Source: an uncultured Aquificales bacterium (GTDB lineage: Bacteria > Thermosulfidibacterota > Thermosulfidibacteria > Thermosulfidibacterales > Thermosulfidibacteraceae). Taken from it: 39,934 nt of DNA. Below, piece after piece: positions 16,325 through 27,572 of the stretch (positions are counted from its first letter, which is position 1; the number at the start of each line of letters is the position of its first letter). A model generated the notes under the pieces. The model ran no database searches and was not told the origin of the DNA. It saw only the letters and a program-made list of their open reading frames with translations. The translations under genes and the position numbers were made by a program. The stretch covers positions 1 to 39,934 of the forward strand of contig CAYVOC010000013.1 in assembly GCA_964453345.1 (NCBI GenBank), read 5' to 3'.

Positions 16325-17856
16325 CCAAAAACACCCTGATATTCGCCTCTGCAACCCTCGCTTCACGAATCCTCGGATTTGTAAGGGACATTCTTATTGC
16401 AAGCCTCTTCGGAGCATCCCCCCTGACCGACGCCTTCTTCGTGGCCTTCAGAATACCCAATCTCTTCAGAAGGCTTCTGGGGGAAGGGGCGCTATCCTCC
16501 GCCTTCATACCCCTATTTGCAAGATGCGAGCAGGAGGGCAAAGACCTAAAAGAGGTGATAAACAGCGCCTTCACAAGCCTTCTGATCATCCTGTGCCTTC
16601 TGCTGGCGCTTGGAGAAACCCTCACCCCCCTCATGGTAAGGGCCATAGCCCCGGGATTCTCCCCCAACAGTCCAATATTCGGACTTACGGTCAGGCTAAC
16701 CCGCATAACCTTCCCCTACATCTTCTTCATGGGAACGGCCATACTCATAGGCGCAGCCCTCAACTACAAGAAGGACTTCTTCTACACCTCCCTGTCCCCG
16801 TGCCTGCTGAACATCAGCTTCATCTTCTTCATGCTATTTCTCATCCGGCACTTCAAAGAACCCATCTTCTGCCTCGCCTGGGCGGTGTTTGCAGGGGGCA
16901 TAGCCCAGATGATCTTTCATCTGTATGGGGCATACAGGCTCGATCTTCTGCCCAGCAGACTCACCAAGCCCTTCTCGGAGGATGTGATAACCGCCATAAA
17001 GCTCATGGGACCTGCAACCGTGGGCTTAGCGATACACCAGATAAACACCCTCGTTGACACCATCATCGCATCCCTTTTGCCAGAGGCAAGCATATCCTAC
17101 CTCTACTACGCCAATAGACTCTTCCAGCTCCCCTTAGCCCTCTTCGGAATAGCCACCGGCGCCGTCCTTCTACCCTACGCCTCGGAGCTTGTGGCCAAGG
17201 GGGAAAGGCAGAAGCTGACGGAAAACGCCAGATTCTCAAACCAGTTCGTCCTTTTTATAACACTGCCGGCAGCAATAGGGCTCATGCTGCTCGCATACCC
17301 CATATCGGACACCCTCTTCAGGAGGGGGGCCTTTGGAGTTGAGGCCTCCAGGGCAACGGCCCTCGCACTCTCAATGTATGCCGTGGGGCTGCCCGCTGTA
17401 TCCATGACCAAGATCGCAGTCAGCCTCTTCCACGCCCACATGGACATGAGGACCCCCGTAAAGGCGGCGGGCATCGCGCTTATCGTTAATATAGCGTTGA
17501 ACCTTCTTCTCATGCACCCTCTGAAACACGCCGGACTCGCCCTTGCAACCTCCATAGCGGGATACATCCAGCTACTCTATCTCTATCACAAGCTTAAGAA
17601 CACGGGGATCCACCCAAAGGGCCTCATTCCCGAACAGATCCCCAAAATCGCCCTTCTCAACGCAGCCTTGGTGATCCTTCTGCTCATTCTCAGAAGCACA
17701 ATCCCCTACAGAGCCGACTTCGCCCTGCACACAAGGATACTCTACCTTTCGGCGGGCATAATACCGACTGCGGTGATCTACTTAACCTTGGGCATACTCT
17801 TAAGGATAGAAGCGGCTAAGCTTTTGCTCTACAGGAGTCGAAGAGGGACTTCATGA
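16306..17856 (+). CDS. murJ: lipid II flippase MurJ (MviN)
   Basis: SRILGFVRD, DAFFVAFRIPNLFRRLLGEGALSSAFIP, YYANRLFQLP, GLALATS. Confidence 0.96.
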   Translation: MGKREITKNTLIFASATLASRILGFVRDILIASLFGASPLTDAFFVAFRIPNLFRRLLGEGALSSAFIPLFARCEQEGKDLKEVINSAFTSLLIILCLLLALGETLTPLMVRAIAPGFSPNSPIFGLTVRLTRITFPYIFFMGTAILIGAALNYKKDFFYTSLSPCLLNISFIFFMLFLIRHFKEPIFCLAWAVFAGGIAQMIFHLYGAYRLDLLPSRLTKPFSEDVITAIKLMGPATVGLAIHQINTLVDTIIASLLPEASISYLYYANRLFQLPLALFGIATGAVLLPYASELVAKGERQKLTENARFSNQFVLFITLPAAIGLMLLAYPISDTLFRRGAFGVEASRATALALSMYAVGLPAVSMTKIAVSLFHAHMDMRTPVKAAGIALIVNIALNLLLMHPLKHAGLALATSIAGYIQLLYLYHKLKNTGIHPKGLIPEQIPKIALLNAALVILLLILRSTIPYRADFALHTRILYLSAGIIPTAVIYLTLGILLRIEAAKLLLYRSRRGTS

Positions 17857-18604
17857 GATTCTCCTCAAGCCTTGCGCATATGAACCTTCTCAGCATGGGG
17901 TTATCCGACTCGAGCATCTGCTTCGGGGTCCCTATGAACTCTATTCTGCCGTTGGCAAGATATGCCACCCTGTCCGCATACTTTACAACACTCCAGACGT
18001 CGTGGCTGACGACAACGGAGGTAACCCCGGTCCTATCCCTGGTATCCTTTATGAGGTTGTCTATCTCTTCGGTCAGCAACGGATCCAAGCCCGTGGTGGG
18101 CTCATCATACAGAAGCACCCGGGGATTCAGGGCAAGGGCCCTGGCAAGGGCCACCCTCTTCCTCATTCCGCCGGAAAGCTCCGAAGGAAGCTTGTGCTCA
18201 ACCCCCTTCAGATCCACAAGCTCAAGCTTCTCTTTAACGGTTTTCGCTATCTCATCCTCACTCATCCTGAAATGCTCCCTCAAGGGGAAGGCGATGTTCT
18301 CGTAAACGGTCATGGAGTCAAAGAGGGCCCCATACTGAAAGACCATGCCTATCTTCCGCCTCAGACGAAGGGCCTCGGTCCCCGAAACCTCCTGCAGATC
18401 CCTGCCCTCTATCAGCACCTTCCCCCTATCCGGCTTAATGAGACCGACAATATGCTTCAGCAGAACGCTCTTGCCCTCGCCGCTTTTGCCGATGATGTAG
18501 AAGAGCTCCCCCCTTTTGACATCAAAGGAGACCCCCTTTAACACCTGCTGATCACCGAAGGACTTGTAGAGGTTTATCACCTGTATAACCGTCTCATCTC
18601 CCAT
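17816..18604 (-). CDS. mlaF: MlaF/Mkl-family ABC transporter ATP-binding protein
   Basis: GKSGEGKS, FQYGALFDSMTVYENIAFPLRE, LSGGMRKRVALARA, YDEPTTGLDP. Confidence 0.9.
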   Translation of the reverse strand: MGDETVIQVINLYKSFGDQQVLKGVSFDVKRGELFYIIGKSGEGKSVLLKHIVGLIKPDRGKVLIEGRDLQEVSGTEALRLRRKIGMVFQYGALFDSMTVYENIAFPLREHFRMSEDEIAKTVKEKLELVDLKGVEHKLPSELSGGMRKRVALARALALNPRVLLYDEPTTGLDPLLTEEIDNLIKDTRDRTGVTSVVVSHDVWSVVKYADRVAYLANGRIEFIGTPKQMLESDNPMLRRFICARLEENLMKSLFDSCRAKA

Positions 18605-18619
18605 GGCAGCATCCCTTCA

Positions 18620-19375
18620 TCAGAACATGAGCGCCGTCAGGAAGTAGTCCGCAACCAGAATGGCCACCGAGCTTATCACAACGGCCTGGGTGGTTGATCT
18701 CCCCACTCCCTCGGCACCGCCCCTCGTGGAAAGACCCTTATAACAGCATATAAGCGCTATAAGGAAGCCGAAGACGAGCGCCTTCACCAGTCCGGTATAT
18801 AGATCGTTCAGATCCGTGTGATTGATCATCTGCCTTATATACACGTGCGAATTTATCCTGAGCAGGAATATACTGACAAAGTATCCGCCCACTATCCCCA
18901 GAAGATCCGAAATAACGGTGAGCACAGGCAGCATGGTGAGACCCGTGATTATCCTCGGCACCACGAGATAATGAACGGGTTCCACAGCCATGGTATACAA
19001 GGCGTCCACCTGCTCTGTAACCTTCATGGTCCCGAGTTCCGCCGCCATGGCGGAACCGGCCCTGCCTGTAACGACAAGGGCGGTGAGCACCGGCCCCAGC
19101 TCCCTGAACATGGAGACGGCAACTATACTGCCTATGACCGTCTCAGCGTTGAACTTCTTCAGCCCCGTGTAGGTCTCAAGGGCCAGAACCATGCCGGTGA
19201 ATAGCGAAGTTATGAAGACAACGGAAAGGGAGGAGACCCCGAACTTCTCCATCTCCTTAAAAAGGACCCTCCATCTGTATGGCGGGCGGAACATCCAGTA
19301 AAAGACCTTGAACAGAAGTATGGCCGCCTCGCCCAGCTGATATATAAATCCGTAAAGGACGCTCAGAATACCCAT
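18620..19375 (-). CDS. mlaE: MlaE-family ABC transporter permease
   Basis: RELGPVLTALVVTGRAGSAMAAELGTMKVTEQVDAL, GGAEGVGRSTT. Confidence 0.93.
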   Translation of the reverse strand: MGILSVLYGFIYQLGEAAILLFKVFYWMFRPPYRWRVLFKEMEKFGVSSLSVVFITSLFTGMVLALETYTGLKKFNAETVIGSIVAVSMFRELGPVLTALVVTGRAGSAMAAELGTMKVTEQVDALYTMAVEPVHYLVVPRIITGLTMLPVLTVISDLLGIVGGYFVSIFLLRINSHVYIRQMINHTDLNDLYTGLVKALVFGFLIALICCYKGLSTRGGAEGVGRSTTQAVVISSVAILVADYFLTALMF

Positions 19376-19378
19376 ATC

Positions 19379-20467
19379 TCACTCCACATATAAAAAGGAG
19401 GAGGCACCCATTGAGAAGAGGCAGAAGACCTCATAGGGTATGGTTCCCATCCACTCGGCACACTCAAAAACGCTCACGGCCCCCTCTCCCTCCCCGCCAA
19501 GGATATAGACCCAGTCTCCCTCGCAGGCCTCAACCGAGTCCAGATCGATAACGGTAAGATCCATGCAAACCCTGCCCAGGACCCTGCACCTTTTACCATT
19601 TACCAGAACCTCAGCCCTGTTGGAAAGACTCCTCAAGAAACCTGTGGCATATCCACAGGGGATAACCCCAACCCTTCTTTTCCTATCAGCCACATAGGTT
19701 CTCCCGTAACTTATGCTCCACCCCTCAGGAACGGTTTTAACATCCAGAAGCCTCGTTCTAACGTGCATAGCCTGCCTCAATCCGGGATAGGAAATGCCGC
19801 CGTAAAGGGCTATTCCCACCCTCGCCCCGTCAAAGGCCGCCTCCGGGTAAAAGAGAACCCCCGCCGAATTGGCTATATGGGCAACCTCCACCCCCACATC
19901 CGAAAAGAGAGAAACCGCGCCCTTGAAGGCATCTATCTGTTTAAGGGTGAAACTTCTGCTCTCCTCATCGGGTTCATCCGCCACCGGAAAGTGGCTCATC
20001 ACACCCACCGCCTTAATCCACTTCAGAGACAGAAGCCTCTCCTTCAGAGGCTCCCACTGCTCTGGAACAAAACCGAGCCTTCCCATTCCCGTATCAATCT
20101 TAATGTGAACCTCCAGAGGCCTCCTCCTGCAGGCAGCCTCCCTCTCCAAGGCCTCAAGCATCCAGAAGGAGCCTACAGAAGGGGTGAGACCATAATCGAA
20201 GACCAGCCCCACCTCCTCAGGCAGAAAGCCTCCCAGAAGCAGAACCTCACCGCGATAAAACCTGCGGACCAGACTCCCTTCCGAGGTGGAAAAGACAGCT
20301 AAGGCATCCGCACCCCCCTCAGTAAAGATCCTCGAACAACGGGTTATGCCATGGCCGTAGGCGTTTGACTTGACAACGGCATAGAGCTTGCCCTTAACCC
20401 TCTTTCTCACAAGGGCTAAATTATCCCTCAGAGCGTCTGTATCCACAACAACTTCCGTCCAGCCCAT
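19379..20467 (-). CDS. alr: alanine racemase
   Basis: AVVKSNAYGHG (PLP Lys), HIKIDTGMGRLG, SISYG, GRVCMD, TIPYE; ATG at 20467 preferred over TTG at 20482. Confidence 0.95.
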   Translation of the reverse strand: MGWTEVVVDTDALRDNLALVRKRVKGKLYAVVKSNAYGHGITRCSRIFTEGGADALAVFSTSEGSLVRRFYRGEVLLLGGFLPEEVGLVFDYGLTPSVGSFWMLEALEREAACRRRPLEVHIKIDTGMGRLGFVPEQWEPLKERLLSLKWIKAVGVMSHFPVADEPDEESRSFTLKQIDAFKGAVSLFSDVGVEVAHIANSAGVLFYPEAAFDGARVGIALYGGISYPGLRQAMHVRTRLLDVKTVPEGWSISYGRTYVADRKRRVGVIPCGYATGFLRSLSNRAEVLVNGKRCRVLGRVCMDLTVIDLDSVEACEGDWVYILGGEGEGAVSVFECAEWMGTIPYEVFCLFSMGASSFLYVE

Positions 20468-20491
20468 ACAGAAGACCGCCAAAGGCCCGGG

Positions 20492-21775
<1,284 letters not shown>

Positions 21776-23038
21776 CTAAGCCTCCCTCAAATGGGAAAGT
21801 ATGTCGGATTCCGGGACCTCCATGGAGGTTCCCTCAAAAACATCCATAACCAGCAGGTATCCCCTTTTCTTGAGTTCATCCGAAACAACCACAACCCTTC
21901 TTATACCATGAATCTTAGCATACTCCACCGAAGCCGAAAGATCCCTCTCAATTATGTCCCTTGCAACCCTGAAACCCTCCCTCCTCAGAAGAGCGGCCAG
22001 GGCAACCCCTCTATCCTTCACCTCCGATGTGTCCACTATAAGAACATCAACGGGCCTGCCCCGGAAACTGTTTCCCTCAAGCAGAGCCGCCCTGTATAGG
22101 GCCTCAAGGTTGAAGGCAAAGCCCATGCCCGGCTCCTCCGACCCGTAGGCCCTCATCAGATCATCGTATCTTCCACCAACGGCAACCCTTTTCCCCACTC
22201 CTTCAACAAAGACCTCAAAGAAGAATCCTTTATGGTAGGTCATTCCCCTTATCTCGGAAAGGTCAATGAGAATGTTCTTCAAAAGTCCGTATTCCCTAAG
22301 AACCCTGACAACAGCCTCAAGCTCATCAAGGTATCCCTCAAGGCCCGATCCCGCAAATACCCTTTTTATCTCACCGAGCCCATCTGGACCCACCACAAGA
22401 TCGGGCAGAACCATTATGAGCCTTTTCAAGGAACTGTCCGCATCGGATATGTAGGCCCCAAGCTCCTTCTTATCCTTCCGTGCAAGGGCAAAGGCTATCC
22501 TTTTTCTCATTCCCGGATCAAAGGCGGACAGCAGCTCCCTGATGAAGCTGACGTTGCTCAGAACGATTGTGTATCTCTGTATGCCAAGGCCCTCCAGCAC
22601 CTCCTCGGATATGGCGATAAGCTCGGCGCACGCCTCAGGCTTATCAAGCCCTATTATCTCCAGCCCTATCTGCTTTATCTGCTTGGAGTAGGAGGTGGTC
22701 TTCCCCAGCCATCTGAACACACTTCCCTTGTAAAAGAGCCTCAGGGGCCTCGGCATCTTCCTGAGGATGGTGGCCGCAATCCTGGCAACCTGGGGGGTAA
22801 AATCGGGCCTCAAAACGATGATGCGCCCGGTCTCCCTCTCAATGAGCTTAACAAGGGCGCCCTCCAAGGACTCGTCTATGCCCTTATACACATCGTCGTA
22901 GTATTCGAATATAGGCGTCCCCACCTCCCTGAAGCCCCAGCGGGAAAAGACATCCTCAACCCGGGATCTTACCAGCTCAAGCCCCTCCTGAGCCTCAGGG
23001 AGGCTTATGGAAACCCCCTTCGGTATAAGCCCCTGCAA
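21776..23038 (-). CDS. hisZ: ATP phosphoribosyltransferase regulatory subunit HisZ
   Basis: HisRS-like fold (TPIFEY, LRPDFTPQVARI, QIGLEIIG, GGRYDDL, GMGFAF) with degenerate motif 2; conserved hisZ-purA adjacency; TTG start. Confidence 0.88.
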   Translation of the reverse strand: MQGLIPKGVSISLPEAQEGLELVRSRVEDVFSRWGFREVGTPIFEYYDDVYKGIDESLEGALVKLIERETGRIIVLRPDFTPQVARIAATILRKMPRPLRLFYKGSVFRWLGKTTSYSKQIKQIGLEIIGLDKPEACAELIAISEEVLEGLGIQRYTIVLSNVSFIRELLSAFDPGMRKRIAFALARKDKKELGAYISDADSSLKRLIMVLPDLVVGPDGLGEIKRVFAGSGLEGYLDELEAVVRVLREYGLLKNILIDLSEIRGMTYHKGFFFEVFVEGVGKRVAVGGRYDDLMRAYGSEEPGMGFAFNLEALYRAALLEGNSFRGRPVDVLIVDTSEVKDRGVALAALLRREGFRVARDIIERDLSASVEYAKIHGIRRVVVVSDELKKRGYLLVMDVFEGTSMEVPESDILSHLREA

Positions 23039-23048
23039 AACCGCTACC

Positions 23049-24647
23049 TCAATTGAGATTGACCATCTTCACATCAATGATGTTGGGAAGCTGCCTGATC
23101 TTCTCCAGAACCTCCTCGGGAACAGGATCGTCAACGTTGAGAAGCGCCACCGCCATCTCACCGGGCTTGAACCTCCCAAGCCTCATGCCGGCTATATTTA
23201 TCCCGGCCTCGCCCAGAATCGTTCCTATGCGGCCTATAACGCCGGGTCTGTCGTAGTTGGTCAAGTAAAGGATGTATCCCGCAGGCTCAGCCTCCACCGG
23301 GAACTGGTTGATCATAACGATCCTCGGAGCGTCCCTCTTTATAAGGGTTCCCGCAACCGACACCTGCTTGCCCTCTCCCTTGAGGATAATCCTTATGAGA
23401 CTCACATAGCCCTCGGTGGACTTGGAACGCTTCTCAACTATCCTTATGCCTCTCTGCTTGGCTATATACTGGGCATTCACCATGTTCACGCCATTTCCAA
23501 GAATGGGCTTGAGTATCCCCACAAGGGCAGCGGAGGTCAGGGCCTGGTAGATCCCCTCCTCCAGCACCTCCCCGGAGTATTCAACCTCCACCTCCTCCAT
23601 CCTGCCCTCGTATATCTGGGAGACGAGGAGCCCGAGCTTTGTGGTGAGATTGAGATAGGGCTCGGCCTTGGGAATGAGTTCGGGCTTTATGGAGGGGACA
23701 TTCACCGCATGCTTTATAATACCCCGCTTGAAGTAGTCTATGATCTGCTGGGCGATGGCTACGGCGACAACCTCCTGAGCCTCCCTGGTGGAAGCCCCTA
23801 TGTGGGGCGTGCATATCACATTGTCAAGCTTCAAAAGCGGATTGTCGGGAGGGGTGGGCTCCTGCTCAAAAACGTCAAGGGCCGCACCCGCAAGATGGCC
23901 GCTTACAAGCACCTCATACAGGTCGTCTTCCTTTACAATGCCACCCCTTGCGCAGTTTATGAGGAAGGCCCCCTTCTTCATCTTCATGAGCCTCTCTTTG
24001 TTCAGAAGATGCTTGGTTTCAGAGGTTAGCGGGGTGTGAACGGAGACAAAGTCCGCAGTCTCAAGCAGCTCGTCAAGATCAACAAGCCTCACACCGAGGG
24101 ATGTGGCGGCCTCCTCCGAAATGTAAGGATCATAGGCTATAACCTCCATGTTCAGGCCCTGGGCCATTTTGGCAACGTATGAGCCGATCCTGCCTATCCC
24201 CACTATTCCGAGGACCTTGTTCCTGACCTCAACCCCCATGAACTTCTTCTTCTCCCACTTGCCCTGCTTCATGGATGCGTTGGCCTGGGGGATCTTCCTG
24301 GCGAGGGCCATGAGCATGGCTACGGCGTGCTCCGCGGCAGCAACGGTGTTGGCTCCGGGGGTGTTCATAACAACAATCCCCTTCTCCGTTGCCGCCTCAA
24401 CATCTATGTTATCCACACCGGTTCCCGCCCTGCCTATAACCTTCAGTCTTGTCCCAGCCTCTATGATCCTGCGGGTGACCTTGGTGGCGGAGCGAACGAT
24501 CATGGCATCGTAGTTCTCTATAATGGCGACAAGCTCGTCCTCCTTGAGCCCCGTCTTCACATCAACCTCAAAGTCCTGCTCAAGGGTTAAAAGCTTCACA
24601 CCCTCATCGGAGATCTTATCGCAGACCAGAACCCTATACACGGCCAA
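23049..24647 (-). CDS. serA: D-3-phosphoglycerate dehydrogenase (long type with ASB and ACT domains)
   Basis: GRAGTGVDNID, GIGRIG, NCARGG, TPHIGAST.EAQ, C-terminal ACT DRPGVIGRIG; TTG start with SD GGAGG. Confidence 0.96.
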   Translation of the reverse strand: MAVYRVLVCDKISDEGVKLLTLEQDFEVDVKTGLKEDELVAIIENYDAMIVRSATKVTRRIIEAGTRLKVIGRAGTGVDNIDVEAATEKGIVVMNTPGANTVAAAEHAVAMLMALARKIPQANASMKQGKWEKKKFMGVEVRNKVLGIVGIGRIGSYVAKMAQGLNMEVIAYDPYISEEAATSLGVRLVDLDELLETADFVSVHTPLTSETKHLLNKERLMKMKKGAFLINCARGGIVKEDDLYEVLVSGHLAGAALDVFEQEPTPPDNPLLKLDNVICTPHIGASTREAQEVVAVAIAQQIIDYFKRGIIKHAVNVPSIKPELIPKAEPYLNLTTKLGLLVSQIYEGRMEEVEVEYSGEVLEEGIYQALTSAALVGILKPILGNGVNMVNAQYIAKQRGIRIVEKRSKSTEGYVSLIRIILKGEGKQVSVAGTLIKRDAPRIVMINQFPVEAEPAGYILYLTNYDRPGVIGRIGTILGEAGINIAGMRLGRFKPGEMAVALLNVDDPVPEEVLEKIRQLPNIIDVKMVNLN

Positions 24648-24653
24648 CCTCCC

Positions 24654-25790
24654 TTATCTCCAGAGGATTTCCTGGGCCCTCTTGACCCCGGCGCCCATCT
24701 CAAAGTTGGTATAGCCCAGCTCTTTAAGAACGCCCTCCACGGCGCCTATAACGCTCAGCATATCAAACTTGGTGACGTATCCCATGTGAGAGATCCTGAA
24801 GATCTTGCCCTTAAGTTTCGCCTGGCCTCCCGCTATTATAACGCCATACTTCTCCCTGAGGAGCTTGGGAATCTTAGCCCCATCTATACCCTCCGGGACC
24901 TTCACGGCCGTCACAGCCTCGCTGGGGGACTTGGAGAACAGCTCAAGGTTGAGGGCCTTCATCGCTTCCCTTGTGGCCTCAGCCAGAAGGGCATGACGGG
25001 CAAAGACATTCTCAAGCCCCTCCTCCTTTATAAGCCTCAAGGTCTGACAGAGGCCTATGATCAAAGATACAGCAGGGGTATAGGCAGTCTGGTTCTTGGC
25101 CTGGCTCTTCTTTTCCTTTCTGAGATCGAAGTAGTATTTGGGACACTTGGACTGCTCGGCGGCCTCCCACGCCCTGTCGCTGAGGGTTATGAAGGCCAAA
25201 CCGGGAGGCAGCATAAAGGCCTTCTGAGAACCGCTCACAACAACATCCAGACCCCACTCATCCGTTTTCACATCAAAGACCCCAACGGCGGTAATTCCAT
25301 CCACGACGCTCAAAACCCCCTTGGCCCTGCACAGCTCCGCCAGCTCCTTGGTGGGGTGTTTTACACCGGTTGAGGTTTCACTTGCCTGCCAGAAAACGGC
25401 CTTGACCCCGGGGTTCTGATCAATGGCCCTCTCAACATCCTCAACCTTTACCGCTTCACCCCACTCAACATCAACGTTAACCGGTTCAACACCATATGCC
25501 TCACATATCTCGGCCCAGCGCTCCCCGAACTTGCCTCCCCTCACACACACAGCCTTGTCCCCGGGGGAGAGCAGATTGGCAACGGCAGCCTCCATGGCTC
25601 CGGTGCCCGAAGAGGCAAGGATCAAAACGTCCCTCTCCGTCTGAAAGACGTATTTCAGCCCCTCCCTCGCCTCCGCAAATATGGCCTCAAACTCGCTCGT
25701 CCTGTGGTGCAGTATGGGCTTGGCCATCTCAAGGGATGCCTCCGGCGGCACCGGCGTTGGTCCCGGAGCAAAAATAAATTGTTTTTTCAT
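24654..25790 (-). CDS. class V PLP aminotransferase (serine-pyruvate/alanine-glyoxylate family; probable phosphoserine aminotransferase)
   Basis: PGPTPVP, SSGTGAMEAA, SETSTG, VSGSQKAFMLPPGL (PLP Lys), FRISHMG. Confidence 0.9.
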   Translation of the reverse strand: MKKQFIFAPGPTPVPPEASLEMAKPILHHRTSEFEAIFAEAREGLKYVFQTERDVLILASSGTGAMEAAVANLLSPGDKAVCVRGGKFGERWAEICEAYGVEPVNVDVEWGEAVKVEDVERAIDQNPGVKAVFWQASETSTGVKHPTKELAELCRAKGVLSVVDGITAVGVFDVKTDEWGLDVVVSGSQKAFMLPPGLAFITLSDRAWEAAEQSKCPKYYFDLRKEKKSQAKNQTAYTPAVSLIIGLCQTLRLIKEEGLENVFARHALLAEATREAMKALNLELFSKSPSEAVTAVKVPEGIDGAKIPKLLREKYGVIIAGGQAKLKGKIFRISHMGYVTKFDMLSVIGAVEGVLKELGYTNFEMGAGVKRAQEILWR

Positions 25791-25835
25791 GGCAAGTCCC
25801 CCCTTTGTGCACTTTTTCTCTAATTCGGAGTTTTT

Positions 25836-25882
25836 GGTTTACCACGAAAAGACTTGCAGTTCAACAACACACCTGCTACGGA
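25836..25882. promoter_or_regulatory. overlapping divergent sigma-70-like promoters
   Basis: Minus strand TTGAAC-N17-TAAACC (25864-25836) and plus strand TTGCAG-N17-TACGGA (25854-25882); both have TGn before the -10, but the -10 boxes are imperfect. Confidence 0.35.
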
Positions 25883-25890
25883 AAAATTCC

Positions 25891-26799
25891 ATGGGAAGGA
25901 TAGGCATAGAGGGGGTAAAGGCAGCCGTCTTCACGGACAGGGAAAACCTGACGGGGGCCACAGCCCTCATCTTTGAAAGGGGAGCCGTCGGATCGGCTAT
26001 CCTGCTCGGGGGCGGCACCAGCACGAGGGGTTTTGATTCTCTAAAACCCGATGCCCCGCCCACAAGAATCTTCGCCTTTTTGGTAAGCGGCGGCAGCTCC
26101 ATGGGGCTCGACAGCGCATCGGGGGTGGTAAGATACCTGAAGGAAAGGGAGCTGGGACTTCCCATTGATCATGTCAGAATCCCTTTGGTTTCAGCCTGCA
26201 TAATCTTTGATCTGTTTGTGGGAAATCCCGTCCCTCCGGATCCGGAGATGGTCTATGAGGCGTGCAAAAAATCGGGGGATTTTATACCGGATGGCCCCTT
26301 TGGAGCCGGAACGGGGGCCACGGTGGGCAAGCTATACACGGTCAAGCGAGCCTCCCCCGGCGGGCAGTGCTACGAGGAGATAGCCACAGAATCCTTCAGG
26401 ATAGGCTGTCTGTCTGTGGTCAACGCCTTCGGAGACATTGTGGAAAGCGGAAAAATCATATCAGGTGCCAGAAACGAGCGGGGCGAGTTTGTCAACAGCG
26501 CCCGGAAAATAGCGGAAGGGGCGACCCGCAAAATACCCTCCATAACGGGTCAGTCCACAACCATCTGCTGCATCATAACAGACGCAAGGCTCACGAAGCC
26601 TGAGGCCTACAGGGTTGCCGTAACAGCAGCAGCGGGCATGGCGAGGGCGATAGATCCCGTGTGGACCATCTACGACGGGGACATTGTAGCGGTGCTCTCC
26701 GTAGGCGACCGCAAAGGGGACATAACGAGGCTGGGCACCCTCGGCGCCCGGCTCGTTGAGGAAACCATCAGAAAAGCGGTAACCTCCCACTTTCTGTGA
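25891..26799 (+). CDS. P1/S58 family (DmpA-like, DOM-fold) peptidase
   Basis: SGGSSMGL, IIFDL, GAGTGATVGK, VNAFGD, STT nucleophile site, DGDIV; ATG at 25891 avoids a head-to-head overlap with the aminotransferase. Confidence 0.88.
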   Translation: MGRIGIEGVKAAVFTDRENLTGATALIFERGAVGSAILLGGGTSTRGFDSLKPDAPPTRIFAFLVSGGSSMGLDSASGVVRYLKERELGLPIDHVRIPLVSACIIFDLFVGNPVPPDPEMVYEACKKSGDFIPDGPFGAGTGATVGKLYTVKRASPGGQCYEEIATESFRIGCLSVVNAFGDIVESGKIISGARNERGEFVNSARKIAEGATRKIPSITGQSTTICCIITDARLTKPEAYRVAVTAAAGMARAIDPVWTIYDGDIVAVLSVGDRKGDITRLGTLGARLVEETIRKAVTSHFL

Positions 26800-26810
26800 T
26801 TGGTTCTACT

Positions 26811-27572
26811 TTATCGATTCTTGTGGTAAATGATGCGGAGACCCTCCAAGGTGAGCCAGGGATCCACAAGGTCTATCTTGCTGCTAACAGAGGCCACAAC
26901 CTCCGCAAGACCGCCTGTGGCAACCACCCTGCAGGACCCGATCTCCCTCTCTATCAAGTCCACCATCCCATCCACAAGGCACACGTAACCGTAAAATATG
27001 CCCGATTTCATGCTATCAACAGTGTTTTTTCCGATAACGCTCTTGGGCTTTGAAAAATCTATCCTCGGAAGCTGGGCCGTCTCCTTGAACAGGGCCTCCA
27101 TGGATATGGCTATACCAGGAGATATGGCACCTCCCAGATACTCGCCCTTGGCCGATACAACATCAAAGGTGGTGGCGGTTCCAAAGTCCACAACCACAAG
27201 GGGTCCCCCATACTTGCTGTAAGCAGCCACCGCATTCACAATCCTGTCGGTCCCCACCTCCTTAGGATTATCCACCAGAATGGGCATCCCCGTCTTCACA
27301 CCCGGCCCCACAACAAGTGTGCCTATGCCGAAAAGCATTCTTATGGCCCTGACCACCACACCTGTGAGAGGGGGAACGACGCTTGACAGAACGGCCCCGT
27401 CTATGCTTTTCGGATCCATTCCCTCAAGCTCAAAGAGAACCTTCATCCAGGCCGCAAGCTCGCAGGGGGTTCTCCTCCTATCGCTGCTTATCCGCCAGGA
27501 TGAAACGAGCTTATCGCCCTCATACACGCCCACAACTATGTTTGTGTTTCCCACATCAACCACCAGAAGCAT
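26811..27572 (-). CDS. coaX: type III pantothenate kinase
   Basis: [49 protein letters not shown]. Confidence 0.95.
   Translation of the reverse strand: MLLVVDVGNTNIVVGVYEGDKLVSSWRISSDRRRTPCELAAWMKVLFELEGMDPKSIDGAVLSSVVPPLTGVVVRAIRMLFGIGTLVVGPGVKTGMPILVDNPKEVGTDRIVNAVAAYSKYGGPLVVVDFGTATTFDVVSAKGEYLGGAISPGIAISMEALFKETAQLPRIDFSKPKSVIGKNTVDSMKSGIFYGYVCLVDGMVDLIEREIGSCRVVATGGLAEVVASVSSKIDLVDPWLTLEGLRIIYHKNR

Noticed and set aside
25681-25890. N-terminal extension of the S58 peptidase ORF
   Set aside because: Overlaps the aminotransferase head-to-head and spans the promoter region; family similarity begins near ATG 25891.
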